From Candidatus Rokuibacteriota bacterium (GTDB lineage Bacteria; Methylomirabilota; Methylomirabilia; Rokubacteriales; DASRDR01): a stretch of DNA of 49,254 bases. The notes beneath the pieces were generated by a model. The model saw only the letters and a program-made list of their open reading frames with translations. It made no database searches and was not told the origin of the DNA. The DNA is taken from contig JBIOTN010000148.1 of NCBI GenBank assembly GCA_044866005.1, positions 1-49,254 of the forward strand. Direction: 5' to 3'. Shown here in pieces: positions 27,216 to 37,630 of the stretch; positions within the stretch are counted from its first letter, which is position 1; every line of letters starts with the position of its first letter. Position numbers and translations under genes: made by a program.

Positions 27216-28358
27216 TCACAGGAGCCGGGCGAGCGGCGCGACCGTCTGGTGCCATACGAAGCGCTGCTCGACGAGCTGCCGGCCTCGCCGGCCCAGGCGC
27301 GCCGCCTCGGCACGATCGCCGAGCAGGGCCATCACGGCCTCGGCCACGGCGTCCGGATCCGTCGGGTCCACCAGGAGGCCGGTCTCCTCGTGGACCACGT
27401 GCTCGTCCGTCCCGCCGGAACGCCCGACGACGACCGGGCGCCCGCTGGCGCTCGCCTCGAGCGAGACGTTGCCCCCGCCTTCCACGTCACTGCCGATCTG
27501 CCGGCTGGCGAGGACGAAGCAATCGCAGGCGGTGTAGTAGGCCGGCAGCTCGGTCTCGGCGACGAAGCCCGCGAATCGTACCGCGTCGGCGAGGCCGAGG
27601 GCGGCCGCCAGGCGCTCGAGCCGGCCGCGCTCGGGGCCCGTGCCCACCACCAGGTACACCGTGTCCGGGAACCGGCGCCGGACGCGGGCCAGGGCCCGGA
27701 TGACGACGTCGTGCCCCTTGCGCGCGACGAGACGGGCGACGGTCAGCAGGACGGGCCGGTCCCCGAGGCCGAGCCGCGCGCGTACCGCGCGACCGTCGGC
27801 GTCCGGCCGGAACCGGCCGGTATCGATGCCCATGAGCACCTTGACGATCCGCTCGGGCGGCACGCCGAGCGTGGCGAGGAGCCCGGCCGAGAACTCGCTG
27901 ATCGTGACCACGCCCTCGGCCTCGGCCAGGACGCGCGTGAGCAGCCGGCGCACGCCCCGATGGCCGCGGTAGTCGAGGAGGTCGGCGCCATACCCGTAGA
28001 CGGCGTAGGGAAGCCCTCGGACGCGCTTCAGCCAGAGGCCCACCACGCCGGCGGTCAGCGCGTGGCCGCAGTGGAGGATGTCCGGGCGCTCCCGGCGCAG
28101 GACGGCGGCGGAGTAGGCGGCGGGCAGCACGATCCGGGCGACCTTGTCGAGCGGGTAAGGGAGCCGCCAGAGGAAGCTCCGCCGGTAGACCCGCACGTCG
28201 TGGCTCCGGTCGAAGGCGCGCCAGCCCGGCACCTTCGGCGCGAGCACCGCCGTCCGCTCGCGGGGCAGGTGGGTCCACAGGCCGAACAGATACCCGGCGA
28301 TTCCGCCGCTCAGCGGCGGGAAGTCGTTCGCCAGGAGCAGCGCCCGGCGCGCGCTCAC
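27216..28358 (-). CDS. Glycosyltransferase family 4 (PimB-like)
   Basis: NDFPPLSGGI, VARLVARKG, EGGGNVSLEA; GTGA overlap with the upstream gene. Confidence 0.9.
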   Translation of the reverse strand: MSARRALLLANDFPPLSGGIAGYLFGLWTHLPRERTAVLAPKVPGWRAFDRSHDVRVYRRSFLWRLPYPLDKVARIVLPAAYSAAVLRRERPDILHCGHALTAGVVGLWLKRVRGLPYAVYGYGADLLDYRGHRGVRRLLTRVLAEAEGVVTISEFSAGLLATLGVPPERIVKVLMGIDTGRFRPDADGRAVRARLGLGDRPVLLTVARLVARKGHDVVIRALARVRRRFPDTVYLVVGTGPERGRLERLAAALGLADAVRFAGFVAETELPAYYTACDCFVLASRQIGSDVEGGGNVSLEASASGRPVVVGRSGGTDEHVVHEETGLLVDPTDPDAVAEAVMALLGDRAEAARLGRRGRQLVEQRFVWHQTVAPLARLL

Positions 28359-29446
28359 CGGGGGGCGCCTCCCGCCCGGACCTCGTCCACGACCGCGGCC
28401 AGGGCCGCGCCGGTCCGCTCGCGTGGAAACCGCGCGGCGCGGGCGCGGCCCCGCTCCGTGAGCGTCGCGCGGAGCGTCCGATCGGTGAGGCACGCGGCGA
28501 GCGCGTCCCTGAGCTCCGTGCTGCGCCGCGGGTCGACGAGGACCGCCGCGTCGCCGAGCGTCTCGGGCAGCGCGCCCGCAGTGGAGGCGACGACCGGCAC
28601 GCCTGCCGCCATGGCCTCGAGCGGCGGGATGCCGAAGCCCTCGGCGAGCGATGGGAAGGCGAAGACCGCGGCGTTCGCGTAGAGCCCGGCGAGCGCCGCC
28701 TCCGCGACGTGCCCGTCCAGGTGGACCCGGCCTTTCGGAGCGTGGCGCGCCAGCGCGCGCTCGAGCCCGGGCCGCCGGTCGGCGTGGAGGCCGGCGACCA
28801 CGAGCGGGTGCGCGCTCTGGAGCGGCTCCGGCAGGCCGGCGTAGGCGTCCAGGAGCCGCTCGACGTTCTTGTGGGGCTTGCCGTTCGAGAGGTGGAGCAC
28901 GTAGCCGGCCTCGTCGGCTGCCGGGCGCCCCGCCGGCCGCTCGACACCGGGCGGGATCACCTGGAAGCTCGCCGCTGGCAGGCCGAGGATCCGGGCGAGC
29001 TCGTCGCGCGACCACGCCGAGATCGTGACGCGCGCCGCGGCCCGCGCGAGGAGCCGGCGGCGGAGCCGCCGGATCGCGGCGTGGCGCAGCGAGACGCCGC
29101 GGCCGGGCTCCGGCACGAGATCGCTCGGGTCGCAGACGACCGCGACCACCGGACACCTCGCCGTCGGGCGGAACTTCACGTACGGCGTGAGGTACGCGCG
29201 GGCGCGCGCCTGCCGCAGGTACCGCGGCAGCCGCAGGAGGTCCCAGGCCAGGCCGTCGGCGGCGCCGACCGTCCGGGCCGGCGTCCCGTCGGGCGTCGCG
29301 AGCCCGGGCGGTCCCACGATCTCGAGTCGCCATCCGGGCGGGCTCGTGCGGACGTGATCGACGAGGGTCCAGAGATAGCGGCCGATCCCGGTCTGCCGCC
29401 CCGGGCGAAACTCCCGGCCGTCGAGCGCGACCACGTCGCCTCTCAC
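28355..29446 (-). CDS. Glycosyltransferase family 4 (MtfB-like)
   Basis: TGIGRY, PHKN, FPSLAEGFGIPPLEAMA. Confidence 0.9.
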   Translation of the reverse strand: MRGDVVALDGREFRPGRQTGIGRYLWTLVDHVRTSPPGWRLEIVGPPGLATPDGTPARTVGAADGLAWDLLRLPRYLRQARARAYLTPYVKFRPTARCPVVAVVCDPSDLVPEPGRGVSLRHAAIRRLRRRLLARAAARVTISAWSRDELARILGLPAASFQVIPPGVERPAGRPAADEAGYVLHLSNGKPHKNVERLLDAYAGLPEPLQSAHPLVVAGLHADRRPGLERALARHAPKGRVHLDGHVAEAALAGLYANAAVFAFPSLAEGFGIPPLEAMAAGVPVVASTAGALPETLGDAAVLVDPRRSTELRDALAACLTDRTLRATLTERGRARAARFPRERTGAALAAVVDEVRAGGAPR

Positions 29447-30162
29447 CCTGACGGCCCTCGCCGCACGACCCAGAGCATGTGGCCCGCGAGCCCGGCGCGC
29501 AGCCCTGGCAGCGCGGCGAGCCACGGATAGTTCATGTCGCAGTAGACGAGCCGGGCCTCCACCCCCAGGCGCCGGAGCAGCCGGCGGAGGCGGCCCGGGG
29601 TCGTCAGCCCGACGTGGAGCCGGCACTCGGGCGCCTGCCAGGCGCCGAGCCGGCGGCGGAGCGGCCGGAGGGCCGCGCCGATCGCCTCGCGGCGCCCGTT
29701 CGGGGTGTAGAGGAGGAGCCGGCCGCCGCCCCGGAGCGCGCGCAGGCACTCCACCAGCGTCGCTTCGTGGCGGTCCGGCGCGAGCATGTCGAGCAGGTCG
29801 ACGGCGACGACCGTGTCGAAGCGGCCCGTGGCGACGGGCAGCGCCGTGGCGTCGGCCTGGACGTAGGCGGGGTGGGCGCCACCCGGGCGACGGCCGAGGC
29901 GGGTGGCGGCGCGCAGCGAGGCGCCGGAGTAGTCCACGCCGAGGACCCTGGCGCCCTGGCGGGCGGCCCACAGGGCGAGGCCGCCGGCGCCACAGCCCAC
30001 GTCGAGCAGTCGCTCGCCGGCGGCCGGCGCGATCGCCCGCTGGAGGAGGGTCTGCCGGCGCCGCCGGGCGGGGGAGACCGGCGCGTAGTACTCGCGCCAG
30101 ATCGTCTCGTCGGAGGCGTCCTCGATGCGCCGGTCGAACTCGGCGGCCCGCGTCCCGCTCAT
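29443..30162 (-). CDS. Class I SAM-dependent methyltransferase
   Basis: LLDVGCGAG, ADATALP, YTPN. Confidence 0.88.
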   Translation of the reverse strand: MSGTRAAEFDRRIEDASDETIWREYYAPVSPARRRRQTLLQRAIAPAAGERLLDVGCGAGGLALWAARQGARVLGVDYSGASLRAATRLGRRPGGAHPAYVQADATALPVATGRFDTVVAVDLLDMLAPDRHEATLVECLRALRGGGRLLLYTPNGRREAIGAALRPLRRRLGAWQAPECRLHVGLTTPGRLRRLLRRLGVEARLVYCDMNYPWLAALPGLRAGLAGHMLWVVRRGPSG

Positions 30163-31277
30163 CCGGACCTCAGGACGCCGTCATAGACGGCCTCGATCGC
30201 CCGGACCTGCGCCTCGATGGCGAAGTGGGCCTCGGCGCGCGCCCGGGCCGCCGCGCCCATCGCCTTGCGCCCGGGCGCGTCCTCGACGAGCCGGGCGACG
30301 GCCGCGGCGAGGGCCGGCGCGTCCTGCGGCGGGACGAGGAGCCCGGTCTCGCCGGGGGCGACGAGCTCCGGCGTCCCTCCCGCGTCGGCGCCGACGACCG
30401 GGATGCCCGCGGCCATCGCCTCCACGGTCGCGCGGCTACACGCCTCGGCCGCGGCGGCGGAGACCAGGATGTCGAGCGCGTCCATGACGGCCGGCATGTC
30501 CTCGCGTACGCCGAGAAAGGCCACGCGCCGCTCGAGGCCCAGCCGCCGGGTCTCGGCGCGGAGGGCCGCCTCCCGGCCCCGATTCTCGGGGAACACCTCG
30601 CCGCCCACGACCAAAAATCGCGCCTGGGGCGCGAGCGCGGCCACGTGGCTGGCCGCCCGCAGGAAGAGCTCGTGCTCCTTGACCGGGCTCAGGTTCCCCA
30701 CGATGCCGACCGCCACCTGATCGGGCAGCAGACCGAGGCCCTGCCGCACCGCGGCGCCGCCGGCGCCCGGCCGGAAGCGGCCGAGCGGCACGCCGTTTCT
30801 GACGACGACCACGCGGTCCGTGGGGCCGCCGAGCCGCCGGGCCACGGCGGCCGAGTTGCAGACGATCCGGTCAGGGAGCCAGCGGAGCCAGCGGTCCGCG
30901 TCCCACTCGCGCGGTTCGGGCAGCGTCCGCTCGTGCCAGACCACCCGCCGGTCGAGCCGCCGGCCGATCCAGGCCGCCGCGAGGTTCGTGTGCGGCGTGT
31001 TGCCGTGGAGGACGGCCGCCTCGACGGCCTCGGCTACCCGGCGCACCGCGGCCACCGCGCGCCACCCCTGGCCCGGCGTCACGAGGTCGCGGAAGCGTGG
31101 ATAGCGGGCGGGGTGCGTCGCCACGCCGAGCCGCCGCGCGCGCTCGGCGAAGGGGCCGTCCGGGCCGACGAGGACGGGATGGAACCGCCGCCGGTCGAGG
31201 TGCTCCCAGAGAAGGAGCAGGCTCGTCTCGCCGCCGCTGATCTCCCCGTGCTCGTGAAGGTAGAGGATCGGCGTCAT
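30159..31277 (-). CDS. Glycosyltransferase family 4
   Basis: SGGETS, VGNLSPVKEH, EACSRATVEAMA. Confidence 0.88.
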   Translation of the reverse strand: MTPILYLHEHGEISGGETSLLLLWEHLDRRRFHPVLVGPDGPFAERARRLGVATHPARYPRFRDLVTPGQGWRAVAAVRRVAEAVEAAVLHGNTPHTNLAAAWIGRRLDRRVVWHERTLPEPREWDADRWLRWLPDRIVCNSAAVARRLGGPTDRVVVVRNGVPLGRFRPGAGGAAVRQGLGLLPDQVAVGIVGNLSPVKEHELFLRAASHVAALAPQARFLVVGGEVFPENRGREAALRAETRRLGLERRVAFLGVREDMPAVMDALDILVSAAAAEACSRATVEAMAAGIPVVGADAGGTPELVAPGETGLLVPPQDAPALAAAVARLVEDAPGRKAMGAAARARAEAHFAIEAQVRAIEAVYDGVLRSG

Positions 31278-32494
31278 CGCGGCATCCCCGACGGCGCGGG
31301 CGCGGGCCGTGTGGTCCGCGCCGCGGCCCGGCTCAGCACCGCCTCGTACTGCTCGGCGATCCGGTCCCAGTCGAAGAGCGCCGCGGCGCGGGCGCGCCCC
31401 GTCGCCCCCAGTCGGCGGCGCAGCGCGGGGTCTCGCGCGAGGCGGGCCATCGCCTCGCCGAGGCCGCGGGCGTCACCGGTCTCGGCCAGGAGGCCGGCGT
31501 CGCCGACGACTTCGGGGAGGGCCGTGTTCCGGACGGTCACCACGGGCCGCCCGTAGCTCATCGCCTGGGCCACGACGACGCCGAAGGTCTCGAAGGTGGA
31601 GTGGAAGGCGAAGAGGTCGCAGGCGGTGAAGTAGCCGCCGAGCAGGTCCCGCGGGACGTAGCCGGCGAACCGGACGTGGGCCCCGAGACCGAGCCCGGCG
31701 GCCTCCGCGCGGAGGCGCGCCTCCTCCGGCCCCTGCCCGCCGATGACGAGCGTCCCGCGTCCCGCCTGGTCGTGGCAGTGCCGCAGCGCGTGGAGGAGCA
31801 CCTCGACCCGCTTCTCCGGGCTGAGGCGCTGCAGGGCGAAGATCAGCGGCTCGCCGGGCGGGACGCCGAGCAGGTGGCGCACGGCCGCGCCGTCGCCCGC
31901 GGGCGGCGGCAGCTCGACGCCGTTGTAGATCACGTGGCCCCGCCCCCGCCCCCGCCCGTAGATCGCCGTGCGACAGTACCCCGACACGTACGTGACGTCG
32001 GCCACCAGCGCGAGCAGCGACCGCTGCCACCCTCGCCAGAGGCGCGGCACACCGGGCCCGGGCACGTCGCGGCCGTTCAGCGTCACGACGGTCGGCACGC
32101 CGAGCGCGTGCTGGGCCACCACGCCCGCCAGGCCGGTCGGCATCACGTAGTGCACGTTGAGGACGTCGGGGCGGCAGCGTCGCACGGCGTCGCGGAGCGC
32201 CGTCACCGCCGAGAGCGAGAACGGCGGGATGGCGCCGCCGCTCCACCGGTGGCCGCGGAGCCGCATGAGCGAGACGCGATCCTCGTAGCGCTCGACGGGG
32301 AACGGCACGGCGGCGTCGTAATCGTGCGCGGCGTGCGCGGCGAGGAGGGCCGGGGCGAGGACCGGCGTCAGCAGGCGGACCTCGTGACGCCGGCCCAGAC
32401 GCCGGTACACCTCGAACAGCACGAGCTCCGCGCCGCCCAGGGCGGGGAGGAAGGTCGGCGTGAGGACGAGGATCCTCATCGGGTCACCGGCCAT
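31274..32494 (-). CDS. Glycosyltransferase family 4
   Basis: MRILVLTPTFLP.LGGAE, RLSPEK, ETFGVVVAQAM; start at 32494 or 32479. Confidence 0.88.
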   Translation of the reverse strand: MAGDPMRILVLTPTFLPALGGAELVLFEVYRRLGRRHEVRLLTPVLAPALLAAHAAHDYDAAVPFPVERYEDRVSLMRLRGHRWSGGAIPPFSLSAVTALRDAVRRCRPDVLNVHYVMPTGLAGVVAQHALGVPTVVTLNGRDVPGPGVPRLWRGWQRSLLALVADVTYVSGYCRTAIYGRGRGRGHVIYNGVELPPPAGDGAAVRHLLGVPPGEPLIFALQRLSPEKRVEVLLHALRHCHDQAGRGTLVIGGQGPEEARLRAEAAGLGLGAHVRFAGYVPRDLLGGYFTACDLFAFHSTFETFGVVVAQAMSYGRPVVTVRNTALPEVVGDAGLLAETGDARGLGEAMARLARDPALRRRLGATGRARAAALFDWDRIAEQYEAVLSRAAARTTRPAPAPSGMPR

Positions 32495-33632
32495 CCAGGA
32501 GCCCGGCGTAGAGCGCGCGCGTGTCCCGCGCGATGACGGGCCAGCGGAAGCGCTCGGCCAGCCTCCGCGCCGCCCGGCCGAGTCGGGCCGCCTCGTCCGA
32601 CCGCAGGAGGAGCGCCGAGAGCCGGGCCGCGAGCGCCGCGGCGTCCCGTGGCGGGACCAGCGCCACGGTGTCGCCGTCGGCGAGATACGCCGAGGGCACG
32701 GTCGGGGTCGTGCTCACGACCGGGAGGCCGTGCGCGAGCCCGGCCAGGAGGCTTCCCCGCCGGATGGAGGCTCCGTCGTCGTAGGGGACGACGAAGAGGT
32801 CGGCGGCCTGGAGGACGGCGGAGACCTCCTCGGCTGGCCGCCGCCCCGTGAAGATGACCGCCGGGGCCACCCCGAGCCGCGCCGCGAGGGCTTCGAGCGT
32901 TCGACGGTACGGAAGGCACTGCGGCGGGGTGTCCCCCACGATGGCCAGACGGGCGCGTGGCTCGCTCTGCCGGAGCGCGGCCAGCGCGGCGAGGAGCGTC
33001 TCCAGCCCCTTGCCCGGGTAGACGAGCCCGAAGTGCGCGAGGAGCGGGTCGCCCTTGGGAAGCCCGAGCAGCCGGCGGCCGGCCTCGCGATCCATCGCCT
33101 CCGGGAGCGGCGCCGGGATGTTGGCGCCGATCGGGATCTCCACGAGGCGCCCGGCGAGCCGGGGGGCGCGGCGCCGCACCATCGCCGTCACCTCCTCGTT
33201 CGCGCTGATGCTCCGGGTCGCCGCCGCGAGGAGCAGCAGCGCGGCGAGCCGCGACCACGGCGCCGGCCCCGTCAGCGTGTGGAAGGTGACGACGGTCGCG
33301 GGCGCTACCCGGGAACACCGCACGAGGAGCGGCACGAGCGCGACGGCGGCGCGCCGCCCGTAGAGCTCGGGCGTGTACTGGAGGTGCAGGATGTCGCCCT
33401 TCGGGATCGCGGGGGAAAGGGCGAGGCGCAGGGCATCGCGGAAGGCCCAGGCCGGGAAGACCGGGAGCACCCGGACCGGGCCGTCGGTCGGACCCCGGTA
33501 CGCGGCGGAGCAGAGGACGAGGAGCTCGACGCCCTGGCGCGCGAGCTCGTCGGCCAGGCAGCGCGTGTAGTCGCCGACGCCGCACGTCATGGCTTGCGGG
33601 GGATAGGAGGGACAGACGCTCACGACGCGCAC
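32484..33632 (-). CDS. Glycosyltransferase family 4
   Basis: CGVGDYT, FGLVYPGKGLE, RRGSLLAGLAHGLPVV. Confidence 0.85.
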   Translation of the reverse strand: MRVVSVCPSYPPQAMTCGVGDYTRCLADELARQGVELLVLCSAAYRGPTDGPVRVLPVFPAWAFRDALRLALSPAIPKGDILHLQYTPELYGRRAAVALVPLLVRCSRVAPATVVTFHTLTGPAPWSRLAALLLLAAATRSISANEEVTAMVRRRAPRLAGRLVEIPIGANIPAPLPEAMDREAGRRLLGLPKGDPLLAHFGLVYPGKGLETLLAALAALRQSEPRARLAIVGDTPPQCLPYRRTLEALAARLGVAPAVIFTGRRPAEEVSAVLQAADLFVVPYDDGASIRRGSLLAGLAHGLPVVSTTPTVPSAYLADGDTVALVPPRDAAALAARLSALLLRSDEAARLGRAARRLAERFRWPVIARDTRALYAGLLDGR

Positions 33633-34882
33633 GGTCTCACCCTCTCCTCGGCGCGGCTGGCGCCGGCGCCCGCCGCGCCCGTGGCGGCGTCAGCGCCCGT
33701 GCGGCCGTCCTCACGGGGACGCCCCCCGGGCCGGTGGGGCCGTCGCGCGACGATGAGCCAGTGCATGCCGAGGCTCCGCGCGACGGGCACCGCGTCGAGG
33801 AGCCGGTCGATCGCGTAGAGGACCTCGGCGGCCTGGCCCTCGGTCACGCGGGGGAACAGCCGGCCGACGAGCCGCCAGAGCTCGCCGCCGTGGGCGTACG
33901 AGCCCTGCGACACGATCTCGAGCCCCGCGTCCCGGATGAGCTGGCGAATCTCCCGGCGGTCGAAGTCGGTGTGATAGAAGGCGAGCCCCAGCGCTTCGTC
34001 CTGCCAGACCAGGGCCGGCGGCGGCAGGAGGGCCGGCCACACGAGCCCCGCGATCCGCTCCGCGACGCAGAGCGGGTTCAGCCAGTCGCGCCAGGTGAGC
34101 CCGTGCCGGTTGTTGGTCGTCAAGAGCACGATGCCGCCGGGCCGCAGGCAGCGACGGATCTCCGCCAGCGCGGCCCGGGGATCGGAGAGGTGCTCGATCA
34201 CCTCGGCGAAGTTGATCGCGTCGAAGCGCTCCGCACGGAAGGGCAGGGTTCGGGCGTCCGCGCCGGCGAGCGACCAGCGCGGCTGCCCGCGCCCGGCGAT
34301 CTTGAGCGACTCCAGGTTCAGGTCCACCGCGACGACGGAGCGGCCCGGCCGGTCGAAGGCGCCCGTCATGAGCCCGTGCTGGCAGCCGAGATCGAGGACG
34401 CGCAGGCCGGCGCCGGTGAGGAACCGGCGGGCCTGCCGATCGAGCCAGCGTCGCCGGAGCGCGTGGACCGGGTCGGCCGTGGCGGCGGGGCGGTGGCCGA
34501 AGTGGACGAGCCCCGCGATCTCGGCGGCGAACGCCCGCTCGTCGCGCGAGGCGGTGTAGAAGGCCTCGACCGCTTCCTCGCCGAGGAGCCGGGCGAGCGC
34601 CGCGCGCTCCCGCGCGTAGCGCTCCCAGCGGGCGCAGCGCCGGGCGAACGCGTCCCATGCCAGGACCGCGAGGACCAGGGCGGCGCTCAGCGCGCCCGCG
34701 CCGGGTGTGGGCCACGCGAGGGCCGGGATCAGCGCGAGCCCGAGCGACGCGATCCATGTGGAGGCGCGCCACCGGCGCGCCAGGCGCCCGAGCCGCGGGC
34801 GTGACCGTCGCGGCGGCGGGAGATGGGCGAGCACGCCGGCGCGGATCTCGTGACGGTCGCGGGAGAGGCCGGCAGGCGTCAT
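33620..34882 (-). CDS. Membrane-anchored class I SAM-dependent methyltransferase
   Basis: Two N-terminal TM helices, then VLDLGCQHG, ADARTLPF, EVIEHL. Confidence 0.8.
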   Translation of the reverse strand: MTPAGLSRDRHEIRAGVLAHLPPPRRSRPRLGRLARRWRASTWIASLGLALIPALAWPTPGAGALSAALVLAVLAWDAFARRCARWERYARERAALARLLGEEAVEAFYTASRDERAFAAEIAGLVHFGHRPAATADPVHALRRRWLDRQARRFLTGAGLRVLDLGCQHGLMTGAFDRPGRSVVAVDLNLESLKIAGRGQPRWSLAGADARTLPFRAERFDAINFAEVIEHLSDPRAALAEIRRCLRPGGIVLLTTNNRHGLTWRDWLNPLCVAERIAGLVWPALLPPPALVWQDEALGLAFYHTDFDRREIRQLIRDAGLEIVSQGSYAHGGELWRLVGRLFPRVTEGQAAEVLYAIDRLLDAVPVARSLGMHWLIVARRPHRPGGRPREDGRTGADAATGAAGAGASRAEERVRPCAS

Positions 34883-36063
34883 GGCGCGGGACGGAACCGG
34901 TCGCGCGCCAGCGTCGCGACGCGGAGGAGCGCCGCGATGTGGACGTCGCGGGTGAAGTGGTGCTCCGCGAGCTCCCGGCCCTGCCGGCCCAGGCCCGCCG
35001 CGGTGGCGGGCTCCGCGAGCAGGCGGCCCATCGCCGCCGCCAGGCCGGCCACGTCCGCGGGCGGGACGAGCAGGCCGGTCTCGCCCGGGACGAGCCACTC
35101 CCGGATGCCGCCGACGTCGAACGCGACGACGGGACGGGCGTGGGCCATGGCCTCGATGCCGACGATGCCGAAGGGCTCCGGCCAGACGGACGGGATCGCC
35201 ACCACGGCGGCGCGCTCGAGCGCCGCGCTCACCGCCGGGCCATCGAGCCAGCCGACGAAGGCCACGCGTCCGCCGAGGCCGAGCCGCCGGGCGAGCGCCT
35301 CGAGCCGCGCGCGCTCGGGACCCTCGCCGGCGACCGTCAGCGCGGCGCCGGGCAGCCGGTGGAGGGCCTCGAGCAGGAGGTCCACGCCTTTCTCGCGCGT
35401 GAGCCGCGCCGCGCAGAAGACGCCCCGCGCCGCGGGGCGGGGCTCGTCCCCTGGCGGTGGGAGCTCGGTGAAGTACGGGACCACGTGGACGTGCCCGGGG
35501 AGGAAGCCGTCCCGCATGAAGAGCTGCCGCATGAAGCCGCTCGCCACGACGATCTCGCTCCGCTCGCGGTGGACCCGGGCCAGCCGCCGGGTGCGGGTGA
35601 TCGCGGGCAGCCCGGCGCGCGGGTCCCGGGGCATGCAGCGCTCGCGGTAGGCGACCGCCTGGCAGAGGTAGCCGACCGGACGCTGGCAGACGCGGCCGTC
35701 CCGCCACATCCGCCGCCCGCCCGGGCAGATCACCTTGAAGCCGTGGGCGAAGCGGAGCGAGGGGTGACGGGCCGTCAGGAGCTCCAGGACCTCGGGCTCG
35801 AGGAGCTGGTGGACGACCAGGACGTCGGGCCGCTCCTCCCGGAGGAGCCGCTCGAGCGCGCGCCGCGCCGCCGGCGTGGCCGGCCCGGCGAGCTCCGGCA
35901 CGTGGTAGACCGCGCGCGCCGCGGCCGGCTCGTCCCCGCGGCGCGCGGCGAAGGCGACGCTCGAGCGGTGACCGGCCGCCTCGAGCGCCTGGCAGGCGGC
36001 GACGAGGTAGCGCTCGAGCCCCCCGACCGGAGCATAGAACTCGTTGAGGTGGAGGAGCCTCAC
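34879..36063 (-). CDS. Glycosyltransferase family 4
   Basis: GGLERY, ARLTREKG, PSVWPEPFGIVGIEAMA; Cys-containing loop. Confidence 0.9.
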   Translation of the reverse strand: MRLLHLNEFYAPVGGLERYLVAACQALEAAGHRSSVAFAARRGDEPAAARAVYHVPELAGPATPAARRALERLLREERPDVLVVHQLLEPEVLELLTARHPSLRFAHGFKVICPGGRRMWRDGRVCQRPVGYLCQAVAYRERCMPRDPRAGLPAITRTRRLARVHRERSEIVVASGFMRQLFMRDGFLPGHVHVVPYFTELPPPGDEPRPAARGVFCAARLTREKGVDLLLEALHRLPGAALTVAGEGPERARLEALARRLGLGGRVAFVGWLDGPAVSAALERAAVVAIPSVWPEPFGIVGIEAMAHARPVVAFDVGGIREWLVPGETGLLVPPADVAGLAAAMGRLLAEPATAAGLGRQGRELAEHHFTRDVHIAALLRVATLARDRFRPAP

Positions 36064-36929
36064 GGCCGCGCCGCCTCCCCGACCACGCCGGGCGCGCGGA
36101 AGACGACGACGACGTTCTGGAGGAACCAGTGGCCCCAGCGCGCCTCGAGCCGGCTCCAGGCCCGATCGTAGGCCGCGGCGACGGGCCGGAACGCGGACCG
36201 CCACGCCGCCGGCAGCCGCCGCTCCACCTTGCCGACGAGGTCGCGCAAGACCCAGGCCGGTTCGCCCCAGGCCCGCCAGTACTGGCCGCCGAAGACCGCC
36301 TCCACACGCAGGCCCACGCTCTCGCCGAGGCGCCGGAGCCGGCGGGCCGAGTACTGGTCCTCCCATCCCCAGGGCCAGGTCCCCGCCCGGATGGCGCGCC
36401 GCTTGTGGAGCGTGTAGCCGGTGAACGCTTGCGGGACGCTCACCACGAGAACGCCTCCGGGCGCCAGGACCCGCGCCTGCTCGGCGAGCGCGGCGCCCGG
36501 CTCGCGGAAGTGCTCCAGGAGCCCCTGGCTGAAGACGAGCCCCGCGCTCGCGGAGCGGAGCGGGAGGGCGAAGGTGTCGCCCCGCGTCAGGGCGATCGGC
36601 ACGGCCAGGTGCTCGGCGAACGCCCGGGCCGCGCCGAGTCCGTCCCAGGAGAGGTCGAGCCCGAGCGCGAGCCCCCGGCCGACGCGACCCCGCAGGAGGC
36701 AGAGGTCGATGGCCGAGCCGCAGCCGACCTCGACGATCCGCGGGGGCCGCGCCGCCCGCGCGTAGCCTTCCAGCGTCTCGAGGAACCGGCGGCGGTCGCC
36801 GGCGTGCTGCGCGACCCGCTCGGCCTTCGCCTCGCTCGCCACGAACTCGCGCCAGATCGTGTCGAAGCGCGCCGGCGGCTCGTGCCGCGGCGGCCCCGTC
36901 AGCCGGGAGGACCCGCTCGGCCGCGTCAC
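36060..36929 (-). CDS. Class I SAM-dependent methyltransferase
   Basis: VEVGCGS, GDTFALP, SQGLLEHF, SVP. Confidence 0.85.
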   Translation of the reverse strand: MTRPSGSSRLTGPPRHEPPARFDTIWREFVASEAKAERVAQHAGDRRRFLETLEGYARAARPPRIVEVGCGSAIDLCLLRGRVGRGLALGLDLSWDGLGAARAFAEHLAVPIALTRGDTFALPLRSASAGLVFSQGLLEHFREPGAALAEQARVLAPGGVLVVSVPQAFTGYTLHKRRAIRAGTWPWGWEDQYSARRLRRLGESVGLRVEAVFGGQYWRAWGEPAWVLRDLVGKVERRLPAAWRSAFRPVAAAYDRAWSRLEARWGHWFLQNVVVVFRAPGVVGEAARP

Positions 36930-37630
36930 GGCTCTCGCGTCCTCCGCGCCGCGAGGAGGATGCCGAGGCTGAAGAACTCGCGTCGCACCTGCCGCTCCCA
37001 GAGCCGCGCCGCGCAGGCGAAGAGGCGAAGCCTCAGGGAGCGATAGTCGCGGTACGCGATCCCTTCCTCCGCCTCGACCCGGAAGCCCCGCGATTCGACG
37101 AGCTCCCGCAGGTCGCGGAAGGTGAAGTAGTGGAGGTGCCCGCCGTCGAAGCCTTCGGGGTCGTACGAGGTGCGCGGGGCGCGGCCGCGGAGCAGGAGGC
37201 CCGCCACGTGGGCGATGAAGCGGGCGTTCGGCGTGCTCAGGACCAGGAGCCCGTCCGGTCGCAGGAGCCGCCGCGCCTCGTCCAGGAACGCTGTCGGATC
37301 GAAGAGGTGCTCGATGACGTCGAGGCTGACGACCGCGTCGATCGAGCCGGATCGGAAGGGGAGCGTCGGATGGCGCAGGTCCGCCTGGACGGCCCGCACG
37401 CCGTCCTTCCGCGCCACCCGGAGCGCGTCGAGCACCAGGTCCACCCCCACGACGCCCCGGCGGGCTCCCGGGAGCAGGCGGGCGAGGCTGCCGTCGCCGC
37501 AGCCCACGTCGAGCACGCGGCCCTCGGCGGGGAGGTGCCGGGCCGCGGCGGGCAGCCGCTCCGGCGTCGCGCCCCGCGAGCCGAGGGCGCGCGCCCAGAT
37601 GTCGCGGTAGAGGTCGCTAGGGCCGCCCAT
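36926..37630 (-). CDS. Class I SAM-dependent methyltransferase
   Basis: VLDVGCGDG, DVIEHL, STPN, HLHYFT. Confidence 0.88.
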   Translation of the reverse strand: MGGPSDLYRDIWARALGSRGATPERLPAAARHLPAEGRVLDVGCGDGSLARLLPGARRGVVGVDLVLDALRVARKDGVRAVQADLRHPTLPFRSGSIDAVVSLDVIEHLFDPTAFLDEARRLLRPDGLLVLSTPNARFIAHVAGLLLRGRAPRTSYDPEGFDGGHLHYFTFRDLRELVESRGFRVEAEEGIAYRDYRSLRLRLFACAARLWERQVRREFFSLGILLAARRTREP

